Assembly: GCA_040768165.1 (NCBI GenBank)
Contig: JAXGNH010000010.1
Span: 120,590-184,589 of the forward strand
DNA length: 64,000 nt
Direction: 5' to 3'
DNA from: Anaerolineae bacterium
Lineage (GTDB): Bacteria > Chloroflexota > Anaerolineae > UBA1429
Positions 18,690 through 26,895 of the stretch are shown here, piece by piece (the first letter of the stretch is position 1; every line of letters starts with the position of its first letter). The notes under the pieces are model-generated. The model did not search any database. It was not told where the DNA came from and was given only the letters and a program-made list of their open reading frames with translations. Made by a program: the position numbers and the translations under genes.

Positions 18690-18786
18690 GGAACGCGGAT
18701 GAACGCGGATCATACGGATTTTCGCGGATTGGTTTGCATGTCGTCAGATCCGCGTCAATCCGCAGAATCCGCGTTCATCCGCGTTC
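18690..18786. repeat. Family B palindromic element
   Basis: ggaacgcggatgaacgcggatcatacggat ... atccgcagaatccgcgttcatccgcgttc. Confidence 0.9.
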
Positions 18787-18829
18787 TATCCCCTTTGTCT
18801 ACGGACGGGTGTGCCGGTAGAATGGGGGC

Positions 18830-19525
18830 ATGGTCAACGACAACACGAACGGCATCGGCACGCATCGCGAGACGTCGCTCCACGCCGACCTCAAGGCGTG
18901 GTGCGCCGAGGACGGCGACCAGATCGAGGCGGTGGTCGACGGCTATATCATCGACGTGGTGCGCGGTGACCTGCTCATCGAGGTGCAGACGCGGGGCTTT
19001 GCGGCGCTGACGGCCAAGCTGACGGCGCTGCTGGAGAGCCACCCCGTGCGCCTGGTGCACCCCATCGCGCGGGAGCGCTGGATCGTGCGGGTGAGCGCCG
19101 ACGGCGAGATCCTGGGCCGGCGCAAGTCGCCCAAGCGGGGCCGGGTGGAGCAGGTATTCGCCGAGTTGGTGCGCTTTCCGTCGCTCATCCACCATCCCCG
19201 CTTTGCGCTGGATGTGCTCCTGACGCGCGAGGAGGAGGTGCGCTGCGACGACGGGCGCGGGAGTTGGCGCCGCAAGGGGTGGAGCATCGTCGACCGGCGG
19301 CTGCTCGGCGTGGATGAGCGCATCCATCTGGAGGACGTCGGCGACCTGCGCGCCCTGCTGCCCTCCGGCCTGCCGCAGCCCTTTACCACCCTGGACCTCG
19401 CCGAGGGCCTGGGCGTGCCCCGCCGCCTGGCACAGCAGATGGCGTATTGCCTGCGGGAGATGGGGGCGATCGAGGCGGTGGGGCGGAGGGGGAGGAGCCT
19501 GCTCTACGATGGCGACCGTGGCTAG
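18830..19525 (+). CDS. Conserved hypothetical protein with PD-(D/E)xK-like nuclease core and C-terminal wHTH-like tail
   Basis: HRETSLHADLK ... VDGYIIDVVRGDLLIEVQTRGF (D..D-x-E-x-Q/K pattern). C-terminus is LDLAEGLGVPRRLAQQMAYCLREMGAIE. Confidence 0.5.
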   Translation: MVNDNTNGIGTHRETSLHADLKAWCAEDGDQIEAVVDGYIIDVVRGDLLIEVQTRGFAALTAKLTALLESHPVRLVHPIARERWIVRVSADGEILGRRKSPKRGRVEQVFAELVRFPSLIHHPRFALDVLLTREEEVRCDDGRGSWRRKGWSIVDRRLLGVDERIHLEDVGDLRALLPSGLPQPFTTLDLAEGLGVPRRLAQQMAYCLREMGAIEAVGRRGRSLLYDGDRG

Positions 19526-20418
19526 GTGCCCTCGCGCCACTGGATCGACAGAGGGTCCCACCCTCCGACAGCTTCTCCCCGCAACACGGGATGAAAGAAC
19601 TTGCACGCCACGTCAAACCCTTGTTCCACTGTCGTGACGCCGATGCCCGTACCACGAACGAGCGCTCGGAAGGGTGAACCCCAAGTCTCCGGCGGCTCGG
19701 GCAGTCGCTGTGGTGGTTCGCTGCCATCGCGCGCCCGAAAGGTCGCCACCAGCGCCGCGTGGAGCGCAGGTCCATCGATGGGCGTCGACAGCGCGATGAG
19801 CACGATATCCACAAGGTCCTTGACTCTGCTGCCCTCGCCGCCCGCATGAGGACGCGTGTAGGCGTGAGCCTTCTCAGCCAAGTGCTGACTTAAGGGATAG
19901 CAGGGGACGGTGCATGGGTCGATCCCGGCGAAGGTCAGCAGGCTCGGGGGACTGAGGCGTTCGAGCGGCTCTACGACGGGATCACCCCAGCCGACGTCCA
20001 CATGAAAGGCCTCAAACACCCTATCGGCGAGCCGCGCCTCCACTCCGAACCGGGTGCCGCCGCCAGGCAGTTGGCCCTCAGAGGCGCGGAGCGGCCGCGC
20101 TACCGAGTATTGGAACCAGTCGCCGAGGTCCAGCATGGCGGCGCGCACAAGAAGATCGTGTGGGGAGTTGGCAGACGCGGTAAGGAGGAGGTCCACATCT
20201 TTGGTTGCCCTTGCGCGATCCGGAAAGCGCCACTGCAACGCGAGGCCGCCCCTCAGCGCCCAGTAATCGGGCTGATCGGTCGCCAGTCGGGCCATCAGCC
20301 GCTCAAAGGCGACCATCTTGCGTAGCCAGACGAGGGCGATGCCGGTCCCTCTGCTCTTATTGCGCAGACGATCCTCCAGGGCACGGCGAAAGGCGCCCGC
20401 GCTGGCATACACCATCAT
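19522..20418 (-). CDS. AbiEii/AbiGii-family nucleotidyltransferase toxin (DUF1814)
   Basis: VAFERLMARLA..WALRGGLALQWRF..RATKDVDLLL is typical of AbiEii. 4-nt overlap with the upstream AbiEi gene. Confidence 0.8.
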   Translation of the reverse strand: MMVYASAGAFRRALEDRLRNKSRGTGIALVWLRKMVAFERLMARLATDQPDYWALRGGLALQWRFPDRARATKDVDLLLTASANSPHDLLVRAAMLDLGDWFQYSVARPLRASEGQLPGGGTRFGVEARLADRVFEAFHVDVGWGDPVVEPLERLSPPSLLTFAGIDPCTVPCYPLSQHLAEKAHAYTRPHAGGEGSRVKDLVDIVLIALSTPIDGPALHAALVATFRARDGSEPPQRLPEPPETWGSPFRALVRGTGIGVTTVEQGFDVACKFFHPVLRGEAVGGWDPLSIQWREGT

Positions 20419-21011
20419 CCTTCACCCCTCAGCGCCTGTTCGATGAGGCGAGCGAGGCGGCCCCCGCGAGAGGACGCGTACCGGCGCAGGTGGCTGGCGG
20501 TCGTCATCCCTCGCCGCAGCGCCTCCCGGGCCGCCTGCGTCACGAGTTCGTCGGCTAGGCCGGCCTCGGCCACATCTGCCAGGGTGCGGGGCACGGTAGT
20601 TATCGGGAGCCCCTCGTAGTGCGTGGTGTCGCTCTTTGGCAAGTGCCCGGTATGGAGGCATATGCCGGTGCGGCGACGTGAGGACGTGCGAGGGACGGTG
20701 GCATGGACCTGTGATGGCAGGACGTCGGACAGATCGTACAGCGCCAGCGCCGTCTCGTGAGAGAGCACGGCACGCGGCCCCAGGGATAGGGACCACAGGA
20801 ACAGGTCCTCGTGAGGTGAGGAAGGGTAGTGTCTGAGACGGTACACGCCCTTTCTGACGCGCTCGATGCGTCCCGTAGTGGCATAGTAGGATAGCTGGCG
20901 GTAACTGAGCCCGGCAGCGATGGCTTGGCGCGAGGTGAAATAGCCCGCCTGGTCGTCGGCGATCTCGAAAAGTGCCTCAAAGAGCGCCTGATTCCTCGGA
21001 GTAGCCATCAC
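20415..21011 (-). CDS. AbiEi-family antitoxin/transcriptional regulator (type IV TA)
   Basis: N-terminal wHTH GYFTSRQAIAAGLSYRQLSYYATTGRIERVRKGVYRL, and a C-terminal AbiEi domain. Confidence 0.8.
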   Translation of the reverse strand: MMATPRNQALFEALFEIADDQAGYFTSRQAIAAGLSYRQLSYYATTGRIERVRKGVYRLRHYPSSPHEDLFLWSLSLGPRAVLSHETALALYDLSDVLPSQVHATVPRTSSRRRTGICLHTGHLPKSDTTHYEGLPITTVPRTLADVAEAGLADELVTQAAREALRRGMTTASHLRRYASSRGGRLARLIEQALRGEG

Positions 21012-21143
21012 GTGTGCACCAACTTGCTATTTTCGTAGGAATATGCACACATCATATCCGATCCCTCGGGCCGAGTCAAGAGCCTCATGTGGTGAGACGC
21101 CGCCCGAGGCGCTACGATCTCTGGCAGGTGACCGCAATCCTAC

Positions 21144-21173
21144 TTGACAGCGCCACCCCCTTCGGCGTATATG
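21144..21173 (+). promoter_or_regulatory. Candidate promoter TTGACA-18-TATATG
   Basis: Upstream of the GH116 gene, with RBS AGGAG at 21247-21251. Confidence 0.45.
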
Positions 21174-21260
21174 ACCCTCGACGGCCGCCGCACGTGGTCG
21201 TCACACGCCCCCCTTGGCTCCGTCTCACTGAAGCGACACACCGCCACAGGAGCGACGCTC

Positions 21261-23867
21261 ATGGCCATCACAACCGGTTATACTTCGGAAGAACTGCGCA
21301 CCATCGGCGCACCCCCCACGTATCAGGGACAGCAACTGCGAGAGATTGCCTTCCCACTGGGCGGCATCGGCACCGGCTGCGTGTCTCTGTCCGGCGCTGG
21401 CGAACTCGTGGACTGGGAGATATTCAACCGCCCTAACAAGGGCACGCGCCTGCCCTACACCTTTGTCTCCCTCTGGGTGCGACCCGAGGGGGGCGAGCCG
21501 CTGGCGCGGGTGGTGCAGGCGCCGCCGCAACCCCCCTTCAGCGGCGAGGGTGGCGGCGGCTACCGCGGCCTGGGGTTCGGCGTCACGCGCGAGAACGGCT
21601 CCGGGCTGCCCCACCTGCGCGGCGCCACCTTCCGCGGCGAGTTCCCCTTTGCCGAGATCGCCTTCGAGGACCCGACGCTGCCGGTGGAGGTGCGCCTCGA
21701 GGCATACAGCCCCTTCATCCCGCTGAACCCCGACGAATCGGGCATCCCTATTGCCGTGTTGCGCTACCATCTGCGCAACCGCTCCGACCGCCCCGTGGTG
21801 CTCACCCTGGCGGCCAACGTGTTCAATCCCATCGGCTACCCGGGCACGGGCCCCTTCATCGGTGAGCACCTGGGGGAGAACCTCAACACCTACGTGGACG
21901 ACGGCGCGGTGCGCGGCATCGCCTGCACCTCGACGCGCCTCGCGCCGGAGGGCCCCGCCTACGGCACGCTGGCCCTCACCACCACCTGGCCCGAGGTGAC
22001 GCAGCAGGCCTGCTGGCTGCGGAGCGGCTGGTTCGACATGATGCACGACTTCTGGGATCACTTTGCGACCACCGGTACCCTGGAGCCGCGCGACCTGGGG
22101 CCGTCGGAGCCGGGCACGAGCGACGTCGGCAGCCTCGGCCTGCGCGCCACGCTGCAGCCGGGGGAGGAGGTGGTGCTGCCCCTGGCCTACAGCTGGCATT
22201 TGCCCAACTTTCAGAAGTACTGGGCTGCCTCCGGGAGCGGCGCTTGTGCTTGTGGCGAAGGCGCGGTGTGGCGCAACTACTATGCCTCCCAGTGGGAGGA
22301 CGCGCTGGACGTGGCGCGCTACTACTATCGCCACGCGGAGCGCCTGTACGCCGACACGAAGCGTTTTCACGACGCCCTCTTCGCCTCAACGCTCCCCCCT
22401 TACGTGCTCGACGCGCTGTCGAGCCAAGCGTCTATCCTCCACAGCCCCACGGTGCTGCGCCTCACCGACGGCACCTTCTATGGGTTCGAGGGGTGCCACT
22501 GCGACAGCGGTTGTTGCGAGGGCTCGTGCACCCACGTGTGGAACTATGCCCAGACGGCGGCGTTCCTCTTTCCCTCCCTCGAGCGCTCGATGCGCGACGC
22601 CGACTATACCTACAACCTGCGCGACGACGGGCGCATGTGCTTTCGCCTGCAGCTCCCCCTGGGGAGTTCCCAGTGGGAGTACCACGCCGCGGCGGACGGC
22701 CAGATGGGCGGCGTCCTCAAGGTGTACCGCGACTGGCTCCTGAGCGGCGACGACGCCTGGCTGCGCGGGCTGTGGCCCAAGGTCAAAAAGGCGCTAGAGT
22801 ACGCCTGGGTGCAGTGGGACCCCGACCGCGACGGCGTGATGGAGGGGGTGCAGCACAACACCTACGACATCGAGTTCGTCGGCCCGAACACGATGATGGG
22901 CACCTTTTACCTGGGCGCCCTGCGCGCCGGCGAAGAGATGGCGCGCTACCTGGGCGATGAGGAGGCCGCCGCGTCCTATCGCGCCTGCTTCGATCGCGGG
23001 CGGGCGCGCCTGGAGCGCGAGCTGTACAACGGCGAGTACTATATCCAAAAGGTGGATCTGGAGACGGCGCCCAAGTACCAGTACGGCGAGGGGTGCCTGT
23101 CGGACCAGGTGATCGGGCAGTGGTTCGCCCACATCGTGGGGCTGGGCTACCTCCTCGACCCCGCCCACGTGCGGGGCGCCGTGGCCGCCATCCACCGCCA
23201 CAACTGGCGCGCCGATTTCTGGGAGCACGCCAATCCGCAGCGCATCTATGCCCTGAATGACGAGCAGGGGCTGCTGCTCTGCTCGTGGCCCAGGGGGGGC
23301 AGGCCGCAGTTCCCCTTTGTCTACTCGGACGAGGTGTGGTGCGGCATCGAGTACCAGGTGGCGAGCCATCTCATCTACGAGGGGCTGGTGGACGAGGGGC
23401 TGATGATCGCCAAGGGGGTGCGAGCGCGCCACGATGGGGAGCGGCGCAACCCCTGGAACGAGTTCGAGTGCGGCAGCCACTATGCCCGCTCGCTGGCCTC
23501 CTGGTCGCTGCTCACCGCCCTGTCGGGCTTTCGCTTCGACCTGCCCCACGGGACCATCGGCTTCTCGCCGCGGCTGGGCGCGGCGAACTGGCAGAGCTTT
23601 TGGTCCACCGGTACGGGTTGGGGCACCTTCAGTCAGCGGCGCCACAACGGCCGCGCCGAGGCGAATCTGTGCGTAGAGCAGGGGAGCCTGACGCTGCGCG
23701 ATCTGCTCCTGGGCAGCGTGGGCGAGGCGACGGGCGCACAGGCCGCCCTGAATGGCGACGCCCTGGCGGTAACCCTCGCCCCGCGCGCCGGCGGCGTGGC
23801 CCTCCAGTTCCCCGAAGGCGTCACCATCACCGCGGGGCAGATCCTGCGCGTGTCGCTCAAACGCTAA
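21261..23867 (+). CDS. GH116-family beta-glucosidase / glucosylceramidase-like (GBA2 type)
   Basis: ATG 21261 (MAITTGY). The N-terminal beta-sandwich signature FPLGGIGTGCVSLSGAGELVDWEIFNRPNK and the C-terminal (alpha/alpha)6 region are typical of GH116/DUF608. Confidence 0.8.
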   Translation: MAITTGYTSEELRTIGAPPTYQGQQLREIAFPLGGIGTGCVSLSGAGELVDWEIFNRPNKGTRLPYTFVSLWVRPEGGEPLARVVQAPPQPPFSGEGGGGYRGLGFGVTRENGSGLPHLRGATFRGEFPFAEIAFEDPTLPVEVRLEAYSPFIPLNPDESGIPIAVLRYHLRNRSDRPVVLTLAANVFNPIGYPGTGPFIGEHLGENLNTYVDDGAVRGIACTSTRLAPEGPAYGTLALTTTWPEVTQQACWLRSGWFDMMHDFWDHFATTGTLEPRDLGPSEPGTSDVGSLGLRATLQPGEEVVLPLAYSWHLPNFQKYWAASGSGACACGEGAVWRNYYASQWEDALDVARYYYRHAERLYADTKRFHDALFASTLPPYVLDALSSQASILHSPTVLRLTDGTFYGFEGCHCDSGCCEGSCTHVWNYAQTAAFLFPSLERSMRDADYTYNLRDDGRMCFRLQLPLGSSQWEYHAAADGQMGGVLKVYRDWLLSGDDAWLRGLWPKVKKALEYAWVQWDPDRDGVMEGVQHNTYDIEFVGPNTMMGTFYLGALRAGEEMARYLGDEEAAASYRACFDRGRARLERELYNGEYYIQKVDLETAPKYQYGEGCLSDQVIGQWFAHIVGLGYLLDPAHVRGAVAAIHRHNWRADFWEHANPQRIYALNDEQGLLLCSWPRGGRPQFPFVYSDEVWCGIEYQVASHLIYEGLVDEGLMIAKGVRARHDGERRNPWNEFECGSHYARSLASWSLLTALSGFRFDLPHGTIGFSPRLGAANWQSFWSTGTGWGTFSQRRHNGRAEANLCVEQGSLTLRDLLLGSVGEATGAQAALNGDALAVTLAPRAGGVALQFPEGVTITAGQILRVSLKR

Positions 23868-23874
23868 CGGCGCG

Positions 23875-24048
23875 ATTGCGGGTTACGGGTTGTGCGTTGC
23901 GCGTTGTGCGTTCATCGTTCGCGTATAGTGGGTTGCAGGTGACAGGCTCTCGCGCGTTCATACGCCAAAGCCTGTAACCTGCAACCTGTTCCTTGTCACA
24001 GCCCCTCCGTCCCGCAACTCATAACCCGCAACCCATGACGCACAGCCC
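23875..24048. repeat. Family A nested palindrome
   Basis: gcgggttacgggttgtgcg..gggttgcaggtgacaggct ... agcctgtaacctgcaacctgt..ataacccgcaaccc. Confidence 0.9.
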
Positions 24049-24052
24049 ACGC

Positions 24053-24081
24053 TTGACAACCATACCCCCGTATGGTATACT
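24053..24081 (+). promoter_or_regulatory. Promoter TTGACA-17-TATACT with embedded 7-4-7 palindrome ACCATAC-CCCC-GTATGGT (operator candidate)
   Basis: ttgaca accatacccccgtatgg tatact. The palindrome 24059..24076 fills the spacer. Confidence 0.6.
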
Positions 24082-24144
24082 TGTGACGGATTTCACAAGG
24101 GTACGTTGGAATCCGTAGTCGAGATACCGCGGGGGAAAGGGCAC

Positions 24145-26715
24145 ATGGCGACGTATGTGATCGTTGGTGGTGTGGCGGGGGGCGCCACGGCGGCGGCGCG
24201 GCTTCGGCGCATGGACGAGTCCGCCGAGATCGTTGTCTTGGAGCGGGGTGAGTACGTCTCGTTCGCCAACTGCGGCCTGCCGTACCACATCGGAGGCGTG
24301 ATCGAGCAGCGCGACGCCCTCCTGGTGTCGACGCCCGACAAGCTGTGCGCCGAGTTTGCCATCGACGTGCGCACCGAGCACGAGGTGCTGCGCATCGATC
24401 GCGAGGCGAAAGAGGTGGAGGTGCGCGAGGTGCGCACCGGCCGCGTCTACCGCCAGCCCTACGACCGCCTCATCCTGTCGCCGGGCGCCAAACCCATCGT
24501 GCCGCGCATCCCGGGCGCGGACCTTCCCGGCGTCTACACCCTGCGCTCCATGCGCGACATGGACGCCATCAAGGCGCCACTCGACGCCGGGCGCGTGCGC
24601 AGCGCCGTGGTGGTGGGCGGCGGCTTCATCGGGCTCGAGATGGCCGAGAACCTCAAGGAGCGCGGCGTCGAGGTGTCCCTGGTGGAGATGCTGCCCCAGG
24701 TGATGGCGCCCCTCGATTTCGAGATGGCCGCCATGCTGCACCGCGAACTGCGCGAGCATGGGGTGCGCCTCGGCCTGGGGGATGGCCTTCAAGAGATCGT
24801 CCGGGCGGACGATGAGCGCCTCACGGCCACCCTGGCCGGCGGCGCGACGCTCGAGGCAGATATGGTGGTACTGGCCATCGGCGTGCAGCCCGAGAACGAC
24901 CTGGCCCGCCAGGCCGGGTTGGACCTCGGCCCCAAGGGCCACATCTGCGTCGACGAGCACATGCGCACCTCCGACCCCAGCATCTATGCCGTGGGCGACG
25001 CCGTGCAGGTGATGAACCCCGTCCTGGAGACGCTGACGGCGGTGCCCCTGGCCGGGCCCGCCAACTGCCAGGCGCGCATCGCGGCGGACCATATCGTCGG
25101 GCACGACGCCCGCTATGTGGGCACTTATGGCACCTCCATCGTCAAGGTGTTCGGCCTCACCGCCGCCCTCACCGGCGCCAACAGCCGCACCCTGGGCCAG
25201 CAGGGCGTCGAGTACCTGACGAGCATCACGCACAGCCAGGACCACGTCGGCTACTACCCCGGCGCCACGCCGCAGACCATCAAGCTCCTCTATCGGCCCC
25301 ACGACGGCAAGCTCCTGGGAGCGCAGGTGGTGGGCGGCAATGCTGTGGACCGCACCATCGACGCCCTGGCCACGGCGCTGCAGGCGGGAATGACGGTGTT
25401 CGACCTGGAGCGGTTGGAGCTGGCCTACGCCCCTCCCTACGGCGGCGCCAAGGATCCTGTGAATATCGCCGGCTATGTGGCGGCCAATCGGCTGCGCGGC
25501 GATACCGAACTCGTGGAGTGGCCGCGGGTGAGGGAACTCGTGGAGGACGGCATGGGGGATGGCGCCTACGGCATCCTCGACGTGCGCACCGATCCCGAGT
25601 GGACGCTGGGCCACATCCCCGGCGCGGTGCACATCACCAACAGTGAGCTGCGATCTCGGCTCGACGAACTGGATCGGGACAAGGCGTGGATCGTCTACTG
25701 CAAGGTGGGGCGGCGCGCCTACGTCATGGAGCGTATGCTGCGCCAGCATGGCTTGCGCGTCCTGAACCTGAGCGGCGGCTGGGACGTGTATGCCGTGGCC
25801 ACCGAGCCCCAGAGCAACCTGATCGCCCCCGTCGAGGCGCCCGCGAAGGGCGGCGGGACGAACGGATCGAACGGCTACCGCGGCGGGGATGGAAACGGCG
25901 ACGGCGGCAATGGCCGCGGCAATGGCCGCGGCAACGGCAATGGTCACGTGACCGAGGCCGCGCCCGTGACGGAGCCAGTGATGGCCACAGCGCGGCTGAA
26001 CGCCATGGGCCTGCAGTGTCCCGGGCCGATCATGGCCGTCTACCGCCAGATGCAGGGGATGGTGGCGGGCGAGGTGCTCGAGGTGCAGGCCAGCGATCCC
26101 GGCTTTCGCCGCGACGTGGCCGCCTGGGCGGGGAGCACCGGCAACCGCCTGCTGGACCTCCGCGAGGAGGCGGGCGCCATCACCGCGCTGCTGCAAAAGG
26201 GCGCCCCGGCCACCGAGGCCGAGGCAGCGCCGCGATCCGCCGTCGCCCCGGCCAAGACGATGGTTGTCTTTTCCGGCGACCTGGACCACGCCCTGGCTTC
26301 CTTTGTTATCGCCAACGGCGCCGCGGCAATGGGGCAGCAGGTCACGATGTTCTTTACCTTCTGGGGGCTGAACGTGCTACGCCGGCGCGACGCACCGCGC
26401 ACCAACAAGAACATCGTGGAGCGCATGTTCGGCTGGATGCTACCCAAGGGCGCGGACGCGCTCAAGCTGTCGCAGCTCAACATGGGCGGTGCGGGCACCT
26501 GGATGATGAAGCAGGTGATGCGCTCCAAGCACATCGACTCTCTGCCGCGCCTCATGGAGACGGCGCTGGAGAACGGCGTGCGCATCATCGCCTGCCAGAT
26601 GTCGATGGACATGATGGGGATTCGGCCCGCGGAGCTGATCGACGGCGTGGAGGTCGGCGGGGTCGCGACGTTCATCAGCGAGACGGACAAGGCGAACGCG
26701 ACGCTGTTTATCTAG
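24145..26715 (+). CDS. CoA-disulfide/persulfide reductase fused to rhodanese, TusA-like and DsrE-like domains
   Basis: FAD motif VIVGGVAGG. CoADR active site SFANCGLPY. Rhodanese loop YCKVGRR. TusA motif LQCPGPIM. C-terminal DsrE/DsrF-like domain. A Gly/Asn/Arg-rich linker sits between rhodanese and TusA. Confidence 0.85.
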   Translation: MATYVIVGGVAGGATAAARLRRMDESAEIVVLERGEYVSFANCGLPYHIGGVIEQRDALLVSTPDKLCAEFAIDVRTEHEVLRIDREAKEVEVREVRTGRVYRQPYDRLILSPGAKPIVPRIPGADLPGVYTLRSMRDMDAIKAPLDAGRVRSAVVVGGGFIGLEMAENLKERGVEVSLVEMLPQVMAPLDFEMAAMLHRELREHGVRLGLGDGLQEIVRADDERLTATLAGGATLEADMVVLAIGVQPENDLARQAGLDLGPKGHICVDEHMRTSDPSIYAVGDAVQVMNPVLETLTAVPLAGPANCQARIAADHIVGHDARYVGTYGTSIVKVFGLTAALTGANSRTLGQQGVEYLTSITHSQDHVGYYPGATPQTIKLLYRPHDGKLLGAQVVGGNAVDRTIDALATALQAGMTVFDLERLELAYAPPYGGAKDPVNIAGYVAANRLRGDTELVEWPRVRELVEDGMGDGAYGILDVRTDPEWTLGHIPGAVHITNSELRSRLDELDRDKAWIVYCKVGRRAYVMERMLRQHGLRVLNLSGGWDVYAVATEPQSNLIAPVEAPAKGGGTNGSNGYRGGDGNGDGGNGRGNGRGNGNGHVTEAAPVTEPVMATARLNAMGLQCPGPIMAVYRQMQGMVAGEVLEVQASDPGFRRDVAAWAGSTGNRLLDLREEAGAITALLQKGAPATEAEAAPRSAVAPAKTMVVFSGDLDHALASFVIANGAAAMGQQVTMFFTFWGLNVLRRRDAPRTNKNIVERMFGWMLPKGADALKLSQLNMGGAGTWMMKQVMRSKHIDSLPRLMETALENGVRIIACQMSMDMMGIRPAELIDGVEVGGVATFISETDKANATLFI

Positions 26716-26723
26716 GGCAGTCT

Positions 26724-26895
26724 TGGGTCGTGAGTTATGGGTTGTGGGTTGGTTGATCGCGCGCAGCTGACTACGTAACAGGTGACAGGTTGCAGGTTGC
26801 AGGCTACAGCGGGTCTACGCGCTAGAGCCTGTGACCTGCAACCTGTTACCTGTAACAGCCCATCCATCCCGGAACCCGCGCCTCGCAACCCACAA
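26724..26895. repeat. Family A nested palindrome
   Basis: tatgggttgtgggttgg..gtaacaggtgacaggttgcaggttgcaggct ... agcctgtgacctgcaacctgttacctgtaac..gcaacccacaa. Confidence 0.9.

Noticed and set aside
24019-26289. 756-aa ORF on the minus strand.
   Set aside because: It lies antisense to the CoADR-rhodanese-TusA-DsrE gene, which has clear catalytic motifs. The minus-strand product is Ala/Gly/Arg/His-rich low complexity, typical of spurious antisense ORFs in high-GC DNA.
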